IMG/VR virus record: IMGVR_UViG_3300025117_000025
DNA: 31,340 nucleotides
Source: a virus
Direction: 5' to 3' (one strand)
Within the stretch, counting starts at the first letter, position 1, and every line of letters starts with the position of its first letter. This document shows positions 7,704 through 14,303 of this stretch, one piece after another. The notes beneath the pieces were generated by a model that was given only the letters and a program-made list of their open reading frames with translations, was not told where the DNA came from and made no database searches. The translations under genes were made by a program, and so were the position numbers.

Positions 7704-8233
7704 TTCGGTTCCTCTGGTATTGGCAGTCCAGCCTTTAGTCCCTCAAATGCCTTTTCAATCGAATCGATAATAGCTTGTGCATCGGCGTCCAACTTATCCG
7801 TATAATTACTTTCTATACCGACCTTCCTGCACCAATTCCGAAAAGCAAGTCCGATTTCTTCATCATGGTAAAGCATCCAATATAAACGCTTTTCGTGATG
7901 GATGTCGCGGATTGCATCTCTGAGCCAGCCAAGCCATGACCACTTATAACCGCTGGCAAGCTCGCCCTCGATTTTAGTTAACAATTCCTGTCTGATTCTT
8001 CCATCTGTGCTTGCCCACCATCCACCTTCATCGCCGAGCATCCGGTCAATAACCGCTCGTGCGATATGATCCTCGTATGACAAATTCCTGAGCAAGCATT
8101 TTGCCAAACCGATTCTTTCTTCATCATCGAGTTCGGCGGCGATTCTGTGAATATTCAGACTGATTGAATAATCCCCACGTTTTTCGTCATGGTGAAATCT
8201 GAGAATCCCGTCATCGAATGTTGTTCTATTCAT
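7700..8233 (-). CDS. Hypothetical protein
   Basis: 177-aa ORF with an ATG start. Confidence 0.5.
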   Translation of the reverse strand: MNRTTFDDGILRFHHDEKRGDYSISLNIHRIAAELDDEERIGLAKCLLRNLSYEDHIARAVIDRMLGDEGGWWASTDGRIRQELLTKIEGELASGYKWSWLGWLRDAIRDIHHEKRLYWMLYHDEEIGLAFRNWCRKVGIESNYTDKLDADAQAIIDSIEKAFEGLKAGLPIPEEPK

Positions 8234-8264
8234 CGTATGTTCCTCCGGTCATAGTTCAAAGGTG

Positions 8265-8318
8265 GGGGCTGGCCGGATCGGATGTCGTTGGAGGTTCCAT
8301 GAATTTCCGACCAGCCCC
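8265..8318 (-). promoter_or_regulatory. 12-bp stem-loop in the leftward mRNA between the annealing-protein-like gene and the next gene
   Basis: In minus-sense RNA, GGGGCUGGUCGG pairs with CCGGCCAGCCCC (11 Watson-Crick pairs plus one G.U). In plus sense the same position is a C.A mismatch. No U-tract follows. Confidence 0.3.
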
Positions 8319-8334
8319 GGAGCGCAAACTCTAT

Positions 8335-9300
8335 CTATCCTTCCGGTGTCGCTTCAAGTGATTTCAGGTGTGCGATTACTGCCTGCCCTTCATCGTAAGT
8401 CAGTTCTGCCGGATCAGCGGTTCGGCCTTTTGTGTACTCGTTGATCCATTCGCCAAAATCCCGACTGACTACCTTTTCGGCAATGGCGTAAATCATCTTG
8501 ACCTGCTTTTCGGTCGGGTGTCCGGAGCTACCCCGCTTGACCGTGTCCGCTTTCTGTGCGCGTCCTGCATCAACCGCTTGTGCTACCTGACCGCTTTCGC
8601 CGGGTGTCCATTCTGGTTGTCCGGACGCCGGTCGACGCTTGTTCATGTCCTCGATATCCTGCGTGAAAACTTCCGATGCTCCGGTAACTTTCAGGACAGC
8701 CGCCACGAAAGCCCGCTTATCAGCCATTTTCTCGCAGGTGTTGTATACGTCCGCGATGTCGGGGTTCTCGACCTTGCCAACTTCCTGGTCAGTAATCGCC
8801 GGATCGTCGTCGTCAAATGTCGCTCCGCATCCGCCCTTCTTTTTAAAGCAGACCCATCCGCCGCCGTATTCAGCCTTGCCTTTGATGATCGCGGACTCGC
8901 CACAAGCCGGGCAAACGCGCTCTGAATTGCGGTAGCGGTACTTACTCTCCATTGTCGAGCATGACCCCGAACCATCGCCGAGGAAGGTCCCGTCCGTCGC
9001 ATAAAGGCTGCATGTCGCACGGTATTCTCGGTGTCCGTTCGGCATGTCGATGATCTCAAAAACGGTTTTGGGTGCCAGCCTGAAAAGATTCGCTATCTTT
9101 TCAGCACCGGGTTTAAGTAGCGTCGGCTTGGGGCCGCAACCGGGGATTTTCCCGAAATCGATGTTCGGTTTCATCGCCCGGGACATCGCCTCCTGGAGAA
9201 TCTGTCGCCGCTTTATGATGCGGTCGATAGTCGGCGTGTCATCAACCGTGCTTATCGCCGTCCTCGTCGGTGTAGCCTGTGTGATTTTGTCTTCTGTCAT
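8335..9300 (-). CDS. Putative ssDNA-annealing / recombination protein with an inserted zinc ribbon
   Basis: Lies 1.8 kb upstream of RusA in the same operon. Blocks KPTLLKPGAEKIANLF and EKMADKRAFVAAVLKVTGASEVFTQDIED resemble phage annealing proteins from memory. The insert is CPACG...CFKKKGGCG. The family assignment is not verified. Confidence 0.45.
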   Translation of the reverse strand: MTEDKITQATPTRTAISTVDDTPTIDRIIKRRQILQEAMSRAMKPNIDFGKIPGCGPKPTLLKPGAEKIANLFRLAPKTVFEIIDMPNGHREYRATCSLYATDGTFLGDGSGSCSTMESKYRYRNSERVCPACGESAIIKGKAEYGGGWVCFKKKGGCGATFDDDDPAITDQEVGKVENPDIADVYNTCEKMADKRAFVAAVLKVTGASEVFTQDIEDMNKRRPASGQPEWTPGESGQVAQAVDAGRAQKADTVKRGSSGHPTEKQVKMIYAIAEKVVSRDFGEWINEYTKGRTADPAELTYDEGQAVIAHLKSLEATPEG

Positions 9301-9720
9301 TTATTGTTCGCTCCCGTAAATTTCTCGATTTCTGATTCTGTCCGCGTCAAGCCCGTCCTGCCATTCCCGGCGCTCCCGATCCGCATCCCCGTCTGTAAAG
9401 TCAACCGGCCCGGTATCCGCGAGTTCTGCAAGATGTCTCACAGATACCGCCTGTACGCTCTCACAGGGCAGCAAGCGCGATTCCCGCCATTCGATAGCCT
9501 CTACCACCTGCCCCGGCGCACATCGTACCAGGACGCCACTAAGCGACGTCTGGATATGGACGCCTATCCGGTCAGTTCCTTTGTGCATCTGCGGGCCTCC
9601 CGATCTTACAGAGTCGATCCGGTCGTGGGCATCCGGCATCCCCGGCGTCGGCGAAACACTGCCAGTACTCCGGACAACCGATGCAGGGGCAGGATTCATC
9701 GGACGATGTGGGGATGTCAA
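9301..9720 (-). CDS. Hypothetical protein, locally GC-rich
   Basis: Co-oriented ORF. The track start is TTG overlapping the upstream stop. Alternative ATGs are at 9699 and 9588. A 60-nt sample at 9361-9420 is ~67% GC. Confidence 0.35.
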   Translation of the reverse strand: MTSPHRPMNPAPASVVRSTGSVSPTPGMPDAHDRIDSVRSGGPQMHKGTDRIGVHIQTSLSGVLVRCAPGQVVEAIEWRESRLLPCESVQAVSVRHLAELADTGPVDFTDGDADRERREWQDGLDADRIRNREIYGSEQ

Positions 9721-10058
9721 TTAGTCGTTCCATCGGTAACCTCCCCGTTGAGCAGGTCGAGGACGCGGGTGTATGCTGTTTCTCTGCTTTTCCAGTCCGC
9801 TTTAATGTCCACCCTGATAATCGCTTCACCCTTTGTCCGCGCCTCATCCCTGAGCTTGGTGACCTCTGCGCGGATGCGGGTGCGCTCGGCCTGCTTGCTG
9901 TCAGACGCGAGCTTTTTCAAATCATCCAACGTAATCCAATGTTTCCAGGTACACCATGTTCCGTCGTCGGCAATAAATTCAAAGCTGTTTGGTTCGATTG
10001 GATGTGCCGACATCCTTACTGCTTTTTCGAGTCCCTCAAAAATTGAGTTCCGTGTCAT
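9717..10058 (-). CDS. Hypothetical protein (first gene after the regulator)
   Basis: ATG at 10058 is preceded by AGGAG. Confidence 0.5.
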   Translation of the reverse strand: MTRNSIFEGLEKAVRMSAHPIEPNSFEFIADDGTWCTWKHWITLDDLKKLASDSKQAERTRIRAEVTKLRDEARTKGEAIIRVDIKADWKSRETAYTRVLDLLNGEVTDGTTN

Positions 10059-10107
10059 GTTCGTTCACGCTCCTGCCGTTTAAGGTCGGTGCCTTTAAGA
10101 TAAGACA

Positions 10108-10136
10108 AGCTTAACAAATGGTTTTACACTTGTCAA
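10108..10136 (-). promoter_or_regulatory. Possible second leftward promoter (TTGACA-17-TAAGCT)
   Basis: The -35 is at complement 10131-10136 and the -10 at complement 10108-10113, in the 81-nt gap after the HTH gene. The -10 is weak. Confidence 0.3.
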
Positions 10137-10139
10137 GTT

Positions 10140-10388
10140 TTATTTCCGCTTATCCGCACTTTTTTTCTCTTTTTCCCATTGCTTCATTAACCGCATTTCC
10201 CCTAACTGCATGCGTAGAAGCGTCCCGGCGTTTACCTCATGCTTCCCTGATTTGATGCGGGATATATGAGATTCAAGACATTCACATTCCCAGGCTATAT
10301 CTCGCTGACTGAATCCGAGATTTACCAAATGTAAAATAATATTTTTTGCCTGTTCGCTCCGGTTCATTTGTTTTTCTTTTGGGTTCAT
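10140..10388 (-). CDS. XRE/Cro-CI-type helix-turn-helix transcriptional regulator
   Basis: FSQRDIAWECECLESHISRIKSGKHEVNAGTLL is an HTH_3-like motif. It is the first gene of the leftward arm, next to the divergent promoters. Confidence 0.75.
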   Translation of the reverse strand: MNPKEKQMNRSEQAKNIILHLVNLGFSQRDIAWECECLESHISRIKSGKHEVNAGTLLRMQLGEMRLMKQWEKEKKSADKRK

Positions 10389-10395
10389 GTCTCAG

Positions 10396-10424
10396 ATTCT
10401 AAAAGAATAATTGTATTTTGTCAA
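10396..10424 (-). promoter_or_regulatory. Leftward promoter PL (TTGACA-17-TAGAAT)
   Basis: The -35 is at complement 10419-10424 and the -10 at complement 10396-10401. The expected transcription start at ~10389 abuts the ATG at 10388, giving a near-leaderless mRNA. Confidence 0.5.
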
Positions 10425-10433
10425 GCCGAAAAT

Positions 10434-10462
10434 TTGACAAACGGGAAATCACTGGTTATAAT
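10434..10462 (+). promoter_or_regulatory. Rightward promoter PR1 (perfect TTGACA-17-TATAAT)
   Basis: Exact sigma70 consensus hexamers with a 17-nt spacer. Its -35 lies 9 bp from the PL -35. Confidence 0.6.
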
Positions 10463-10468
10463 CCTGAG

Positions 10469-10551
10469 TGTGAGTAAGTTGCAGTACCCCCATTTAATCC
10501 TCCTCTTTGAGAAATGCCCCGGCGACATGGATGTTTCCGGGGCTACTTTTT
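10469..10551 (+). ncRNA. Predicted ~83-nt short transcript from PR1 ending at terminator T1
   Basis: Bounded by a consensus promoter and a GC hairpin plus U-tract. It has no credible ORF and contains UAAUCCUCCUCUUUGAG (anti-SD-like) upstream of the hairpin. Confidence 0.4.
10515..10551 (+). terminator. Intrinsic terminator-like hairpin T1
   Basis: GCCCCGG (10515-21) pairs with CCGGGGC (10536-42), followed by UAC and then UUUUUU. The 3-nt offset before the U-tract is not ideal. Confidence 0.45.
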
Positions 10552-10555
10552 TCGC

Positions 10556-10584
10556 TTGACAAACGGATAAAATTAGTTTAAGAT
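10556..10584 (+). promoter_or_regulatory. Rightward promoter PR2 (TTGACA-17-TAAGAT)
   Basis: Shares the 11-mer TTGACAAACGG with PR1. Confidence 0.45.
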
Positions 10585-10596
10585 TCCCCCAGCGTT

Positions 10597-10651
10597 CTGT
10601 GAGACGCCCGAATAATACCCGAAGCCCCGTCTCACAGCGGGGTTCTTTTTT
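10597..10651 (+). terminator. Intrinsic terminator T2
   Basis: A 10-bp stem CTGTGAGACG/CGTCTCACAG competes with or stacks on CCCCG/CGGGG. UUCUUUUUU follows directly. Confidence 0.55.
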
Positions 10652-10667
10652 GGGAAGCGGAGCCGCG

Positions 10668-10701
10668 CTTATCCCCCGGCTCCCTTCCCGAAGGGGATAA
10701 G
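10668..10701 (+). promoter_or_regulatory. Hairpin covering the ribosome-binding region of the first rightward gene
   Basis: The 9-bp perfect stem CTTATCCCC/GGGGATAAG has a right arm that contains the only purine-rich SD-like sequence, 4 nt before ATG 10705. Confidence 0.35.
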
Positions 10702-10704
10702 AAT

Positions 10705-11556
10705 ATGTCTGACCGCACGTGGAACCGCATTGAAGCTGCCCTTTACGAAGAAGAATGGTCACAGGCAGCGAGAATAATAGCTGGGGTAGTGCTTGCCAAA
10801 TGCCCGAATCAGTACGGTATATTCAAATTTCCTTGGCAATTCCTGAAAGATCTTTTTGCCGGTATTTATAGTCGGACGGATATTGCCGGAGTGATAGCCG
10901 AATGGGAAGCGGACGGATGGGTTAAACTTTACGACGATCAGAAAATAATCTGGATCAAAAAGAAGTGGCAAAAGGAACAACCGAATCGCTCAACAAAGCA
11001 TTGGCAAGGGCTTGCGACGTTTCTGAATGACTATCCGATGGTCATTAAAGACTTCATGGATTGTTACAATCCCCATGCCATCCCCATTCAATCCCCATGC
11101 CATCCCCCTGTCAACTCTGATACTGATACTGAAACTGAAAAAAAGAAAGAAACTAATTTGGCGTCAAAAAGCGACGCCGATATAAAAAACGCTTCGCTTC
11201 CACCGGGAAACGGGAAGCCCTCAAAGCCACACATCCCCATCGAGGAACGGAAAGCCAACACCCCCATATCCCGCCTCGTCCAACAATGGTTCCGCCATTA
11301 CCTGAAGTACGAACAGATTCGCTGGTCAGGTGATCCTGCCGCGATGTCCGGGCAAGCTAAGATTCTCCTGAAATCCCACGATTACCCGACGCTCATAATG
11401 GCGATGGGGCACCTATTCGACAAGCCCCACGAAAAATACCGCCCCCACGAATGGAATTTTTACGTCCGCAAAATCTCAACCCTCATCCTGGAAGCGCAGG
11501 ACGCCGGTTGCTTCCCCGATCCCCAACTGAAATTGGAGCGAACAAATCATGCCTAA
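10705..11556 (+). CDS. Putative replication initiator/organizer-like protein (function inferred from embedded iterons only)
   Basis: First rightward gene. It has two domains joined by a low-complexity acidic/Pro linker that coincides with DNA-level repeats and an AT-rich tract. Confidence 0.4.
   Translation: MSDRTWNRIEAALYEEEWSQAARIIAGVVLAKCPNQYGIFKFPWQFLKDLFAGIYSRTDIAGVIAEWEADGWVKLYDDQKIIWIKKKWQKEQPNRSTKHWQGLATFLNDYPMVIKDFMDCYNPHAIPIQSPCHPPVNSDTDTETEKKKETNLASKSDADIKNASLPPGNGKPSKPHIPIEERKANTPISRLVQQWFRHYLKYEQIRWSGDPAAMSGQAKILLKSHDYPTLIMAMGHLFDKPHEKYRPHEWNFYVRKISTLILEAQDAGCFPDPQLKLERTNHA
11067..11107. repeat. Iteron-like direct repeats (19 bp x2 at 22-bp period; ATCCCC x4 at 11-bp period)
   Basis: CAATCCCCATGCCATCCCC occurs at 11067-11085 and 11089-11107. 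The two copies are read in different codon phases (NPHAIP versus QSPCHP), so the repeat is at the DNA level. Confidence 0.55.
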
Positions 11557-11890
11557 CCTTTACGTTTACCACCTATCGGAGCAGGTGCTTAACCTGTCCC
11601 GGTTCGATGTTCCCGAAGCGGTCGATACCTTTGGCAAGGATACCCCGGAATTCTGCGAGTGCATGTTAGCCCGTCAAAAGGCCTGGGCGAACCTGATCGT
11701 CCAGGACTACCTGCAATATACAGATATCCGCGAGAATGAAGGCCATCGTTTGATCCAGCCTTACGAAACCGTAGAATCCTGCCATGAAGCTGCTGTCAAC
11801 GGAATCATCAAATGGGAGAATCGGCTTAAACGCGCAATCTGGCTACGAGCGCACAAAAAAGCAAAGAGAGACCCGAAGGGGGAAGTATGA
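11549..11890 (+). CDS. Hypothetical protein
   Basis: ATG start with 8-nt overlap with the upstream gene. Confidence 0.5.
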   Translation: MPNLYVYHLSEQVLNLSRFDVPEAVDTFGKDTPEFCECMLARQKAWANLIVQDYLQYTDIRENEGHRLIQPYETVESCHEAAVNGIIKWENRLKRAIWLRAHKKAKRDPKGEV

Positions 11891-12123
11891 CCACATCCAA
11901 CCTGACCGCCGCCGAACAGGACGTCTACAATCACATTCGCCAGTGGGGGAAGCCGTCGCCCGGCATGTTCGCCAAGATCGCCCGGCACATGGGAGTCAAA
12001 CGGCAGTGGGTGTCCTACGTTCTCCGTCGCTTAGTGGCTTCCGGGCATCTCCGGAAGGTCAGCCGTGGCATCTATGAGGTACTCTATGACCCGAAGTTTA
12101 ACCAGAATGTATCCCTTAGCTGA
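11887..12123 (+). CDS. Winged-helix (MarR-like) DNA-binding protein
   Basis: FAKIARHMGVKRQWVSYVLRRLVASGHLRKVSRGIYEV. ATGA overlap with the upstream stop. Confidence 0.5.
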   Translation: MTTSNLTAAEQDVYNHIRQWGKPSPGMFAKIARHMGVKRQWVSYVLRRLVASGHLRKVSRGIYEVLYDPKFNQNVSLS

Positions 12124-12205
12124 AAACCAAGCGAGTCCGCCACGGCGGGTTCAGAATCATCCCAGCTTGACTGGTCAGGCGATTAGGCGACGGGTTATCA
12201 GATTA

Positions 12206-12278
12206 GCCGGGAGACTGCAAACCAAGAACTCAATGAACCTCTTGGGGCTTAATGCATGCAGTCTCCCGGCCTTTTTTC
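12206..12278 (+). terminator. Strong intrinsic terminator closing the early-right operon
   Basis: The 14-bp perfect stem GCCGGGAGACTGCA/TGCAGTCTCCCGGC encloses an inner CCAAGA/TCTTGG hairpin and is followed by CTTTTTTCTT. Confidence 0.55.
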
Positions 12279-12298
12279 TTATCGCAGTCTCTGAAGGT

Positions 12299-12325
12299 TT
12301 GACATCCTGACTAATGTGATATAAT
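12299..12325 (+). promoter_or_regulatory. Structural-operon promoter (TTGACA-15-TGaTATAAT, extended -10)
   Basis: Consensus -35 at 12299-12304, TG at 12317-18, TATAAT at 12320-25. Confidence 0.55.
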
Positions 12326-12333
12326 AATTGCGA

Positions 12334-12365
12334 GGGGATGGTGGCCGGGGTGAGGGTAGGTCGGG
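12334..12365 (+). other. G-quadruplex-capable tract in the late-operon 5' leader
   Basis: GGGG-N9-GGGG-N3-GGG-N6-GGG on the sense strand, starting about 2 nt after the predicted start site. Confidence 0.25.
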
Positions 12366-12414
12366 ACAATTTAGTTAATCTGTAAGTGCAACCGCGATTC
12401 AACGTTACTTGACA

Positions 12415-13008
12415 ATGCCTGACTCAACTGAAACCAGACGCCGCGAAATTGCCAGACTCGATTTTGAGTCAGCATTCACCATGACCGGAGCGCAACACGC
12501 TGCCAAGTATGAAGTGTCGCAGTCCCAGATAAGCCAGGACAGGCATTCAGACACCTACGCGGATGAACTATCCAAGTGCGACGGCGGACGCCTTAATCGC
12601 GTTAACACGAAGTCATGGGTCTTCATTGAAGCTGCTATCGACATGGGGATTGAATACATGACTGCCGACAAAATCACCCTTGCTCCCAAAGGCGTCCTAT
12701 ATCGGGCGATGGACTGCATCCGGCTTGTCCTGGAACACAGCGGCGAAATAAAACCACCTGGCGACGAAACCGGCTCCTCTCTAATCGACCGTGTTTTCAT
12801 GCCCGCGAGTGCGCTTGAAATAGAGAATGCACGGCTGAATCAGCGCATCGCCATAATCGAGGCGCGGCTGTCGCGGTTGAACGGGATCGGCGAGGACGTG
12901 CTCAAGGACTTGCCGCCTGCCGACGATAAATACATCGCGCCGGATGAATCGGTATGGGAGAGCAAGCAGGCATACGAGGATCACACAGGCCGATGCGCTA
13001 CCCCGTAA
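12415..13008 (+). CDS. Putative terminase small subunit
   Basis: Position immediately upstream of and overlapping TerL. It has an N-terminal HTH-like segment GAQHAAKYEVSQSQISQ and a C-terminal coiled coil. The track start is TTG at 12409. Confidence 0.5.
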   Translation: MPDSTETRRREIARLDFESAFTMTGAQHAAKYEVSQSQISQDRHSDTYADELSKCDGGRLNRVNTKSWVFIEAAIDMGIEYMTADKITLAPKGVLYRAMDCIRLVLEHSGEIKPPGDETGSSLIDRVFMPASALEIENARLNQRIAIIEARLSRLNGIGEDVLKDLPPADDKYIAPDESVWESKQAYEDHTGRCATP

Positions 13009-14303
13009 CAATCGATGCCGTCGAGCGCGTCCTTAAACTCCTCGGCAAGGAATGGCGCGGTGAATGGCAACGAGAGGCAGCCCACGCCTGCGTCACATAC
13101 CCGGAGGTCGTAATCCAGGGGCCGCGACAGATTTTCGGTAAGACCTTTATCGTGTCCATCACCGGCGCAACGTCGCTTCTCGCAGGCAACACCCACGCTA
13201 TCGGTTTCCCGACGCTGACACAATCGACACGCATCCTTGCGCGTGAGACCAGCTTTAACGTGGACAAGCTCGGCGGTTACATTCCCGGCGGTTTCAAGAA
13301 GGTCGTAGACACCATCACAGAGCGCATGTGGCGGCTCAAGGACAACGCTGATTACCTTCCCCGGCTCTTGGCTTTATCGACAAACGAAATCTCACGCAGC
13401 AAGCCGGAAGGCTACACGGTGGACACCCTCGCGATTGATGAGTCACACCGTTCAACACCGGCCATGCTTGCGATCTTCTCCCCGTTCCTCAACGTCGCCC
13501 GGCTGGAAGGGCGCGATCACATCTGGTACTCTGGCGTTGGCGGTCACAAGTCCTCACTCATCGAGGAGCGCAAGACACATCCAAACGTAAAGGTTATCCG
13601 ATATCCCGCATCTGTCATCATGGAAATGGCACCGGAATGGAAGCCGATATTTGAAACGGAACGCGCCTCACTATCCGACTGGCAGTGGCGACAGCACTAC
13701 GAATGCCTGCCTGCCACTGAAGGTATGCGGCTAATGTATCCGGAAGTACCGGGCGCAATCGACATGCAGCAGGAGATTGCAAAGAACATCGCCCCTAAGA
13801 TATTTTTTGGCATTGACGTGGGCAAGGTTGTGGACAGCACGGTCGTCAAGGTAATCAGTGTGGTGTACGGTATCCGAAATAACGAAATGAAAAAGCTGGT
13901 CAACGAGCTTGAATCCTTCGAGATTACCGGCACGAATTACGAGGATCAAGCCCTCGCGGTTTACAACTGGATTAACGGTCGATACTTCTGGCGGCCTGAA
14001 AATATCGTCGTAGAATTGAACGGCGTCGGGCAGGCGTTCTACGACATCCTATGCAAGGTGTTCGCCCGGCGTTTACGCGGCATCTACACCACGGCGGAAC
14101 TCAAGGAACAATTCTGGCATGAGACAAGCGCGGCGATTCGTGAGCAGAGATTCGGGGTAAAAAATGCGGAAGCCCGTGCACATTATGAAAGTCTGATGTA
14201 TAATGTGCGCGTGGAAGATGGTAAATTAGAATTCGAGCACAGCGACCATTGGATGGCTTTATGCATGGCATGGATCGCGATGCAGACGGTGGAGGTGCTA
14301 TAA
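12993..14303 (+). CDS. terL: Terminase large subunit
   Basis: Walker A-like QGPRQIFGKTF, Walker B TLAIDESH, and a C-terminal RNaseH-like nuclease start FFGIDVGKVVDSTV. Size and position fit. Confidence 0.75.
   Translation: MRYPVTIDAVERVLKLLGKEWRGEWQREAAHACVTYPEVVIQGPRQIFGKTFIVSITGATSLLAGNTHAIGFPTLTQSTRILARETSFNVDKLGGYIPGGFKKVVDTITERMWRLKDNADYLPRLLALSTNEISRSKPEGYTVDTLAIDESHRSTPAMLAIFSPFLNVARLEGRDHIWYSGVGGHKSSLIEERKTHPNVKVIRYPASVIMEMAPEWKPIFETERASLSDWQWRQHYECLPATEGMRLMYPEVPGAIDMQQEIAKNIAPKIFFGIDVGKVVDSTVVKVISVVYGIRNNEMKKLVNELESFEITGTNYEDQALAVYNWINGRYFWRPENIVVELNGVGQAFYDILCKVFARRLRGIYTTAELKEQFWHETSAAIREQRFGVKNAEARAHYESLMYNVRVEDGKLEFEHSDHWMALCMAWIAMQTVEVL

Noticed and set aside
9304-10083. 259-aa ORF on the plus strand, the longest ORF in this stretch
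   Set aside because: It is antisense to two co-oriented, translationally coupled leftward genes. Its sequence is R/S/P-rich and low-complexity, it has no SD, and it would interrupt the operon. This is typical of an antisense shadow frame.
10421-10762. 113-aa minus-strand ORF spanning the switch region
   Set aside because: It runs through both rightward promoters, both terminators and the start of the 10705 gene, with no upstream promoter or SD. The embedded GAGGAGG-ATG on this strand opens only a 14-codon ORF.
12124-12200. tRNA-like GGTTCAGAATC (T-loop-like) sequence after the winged-helix gene
   Set aside because: No complementary T-stem, acceptor stem or anticodon arm could be drawn. I saw no tRNA elsewhere in the window.
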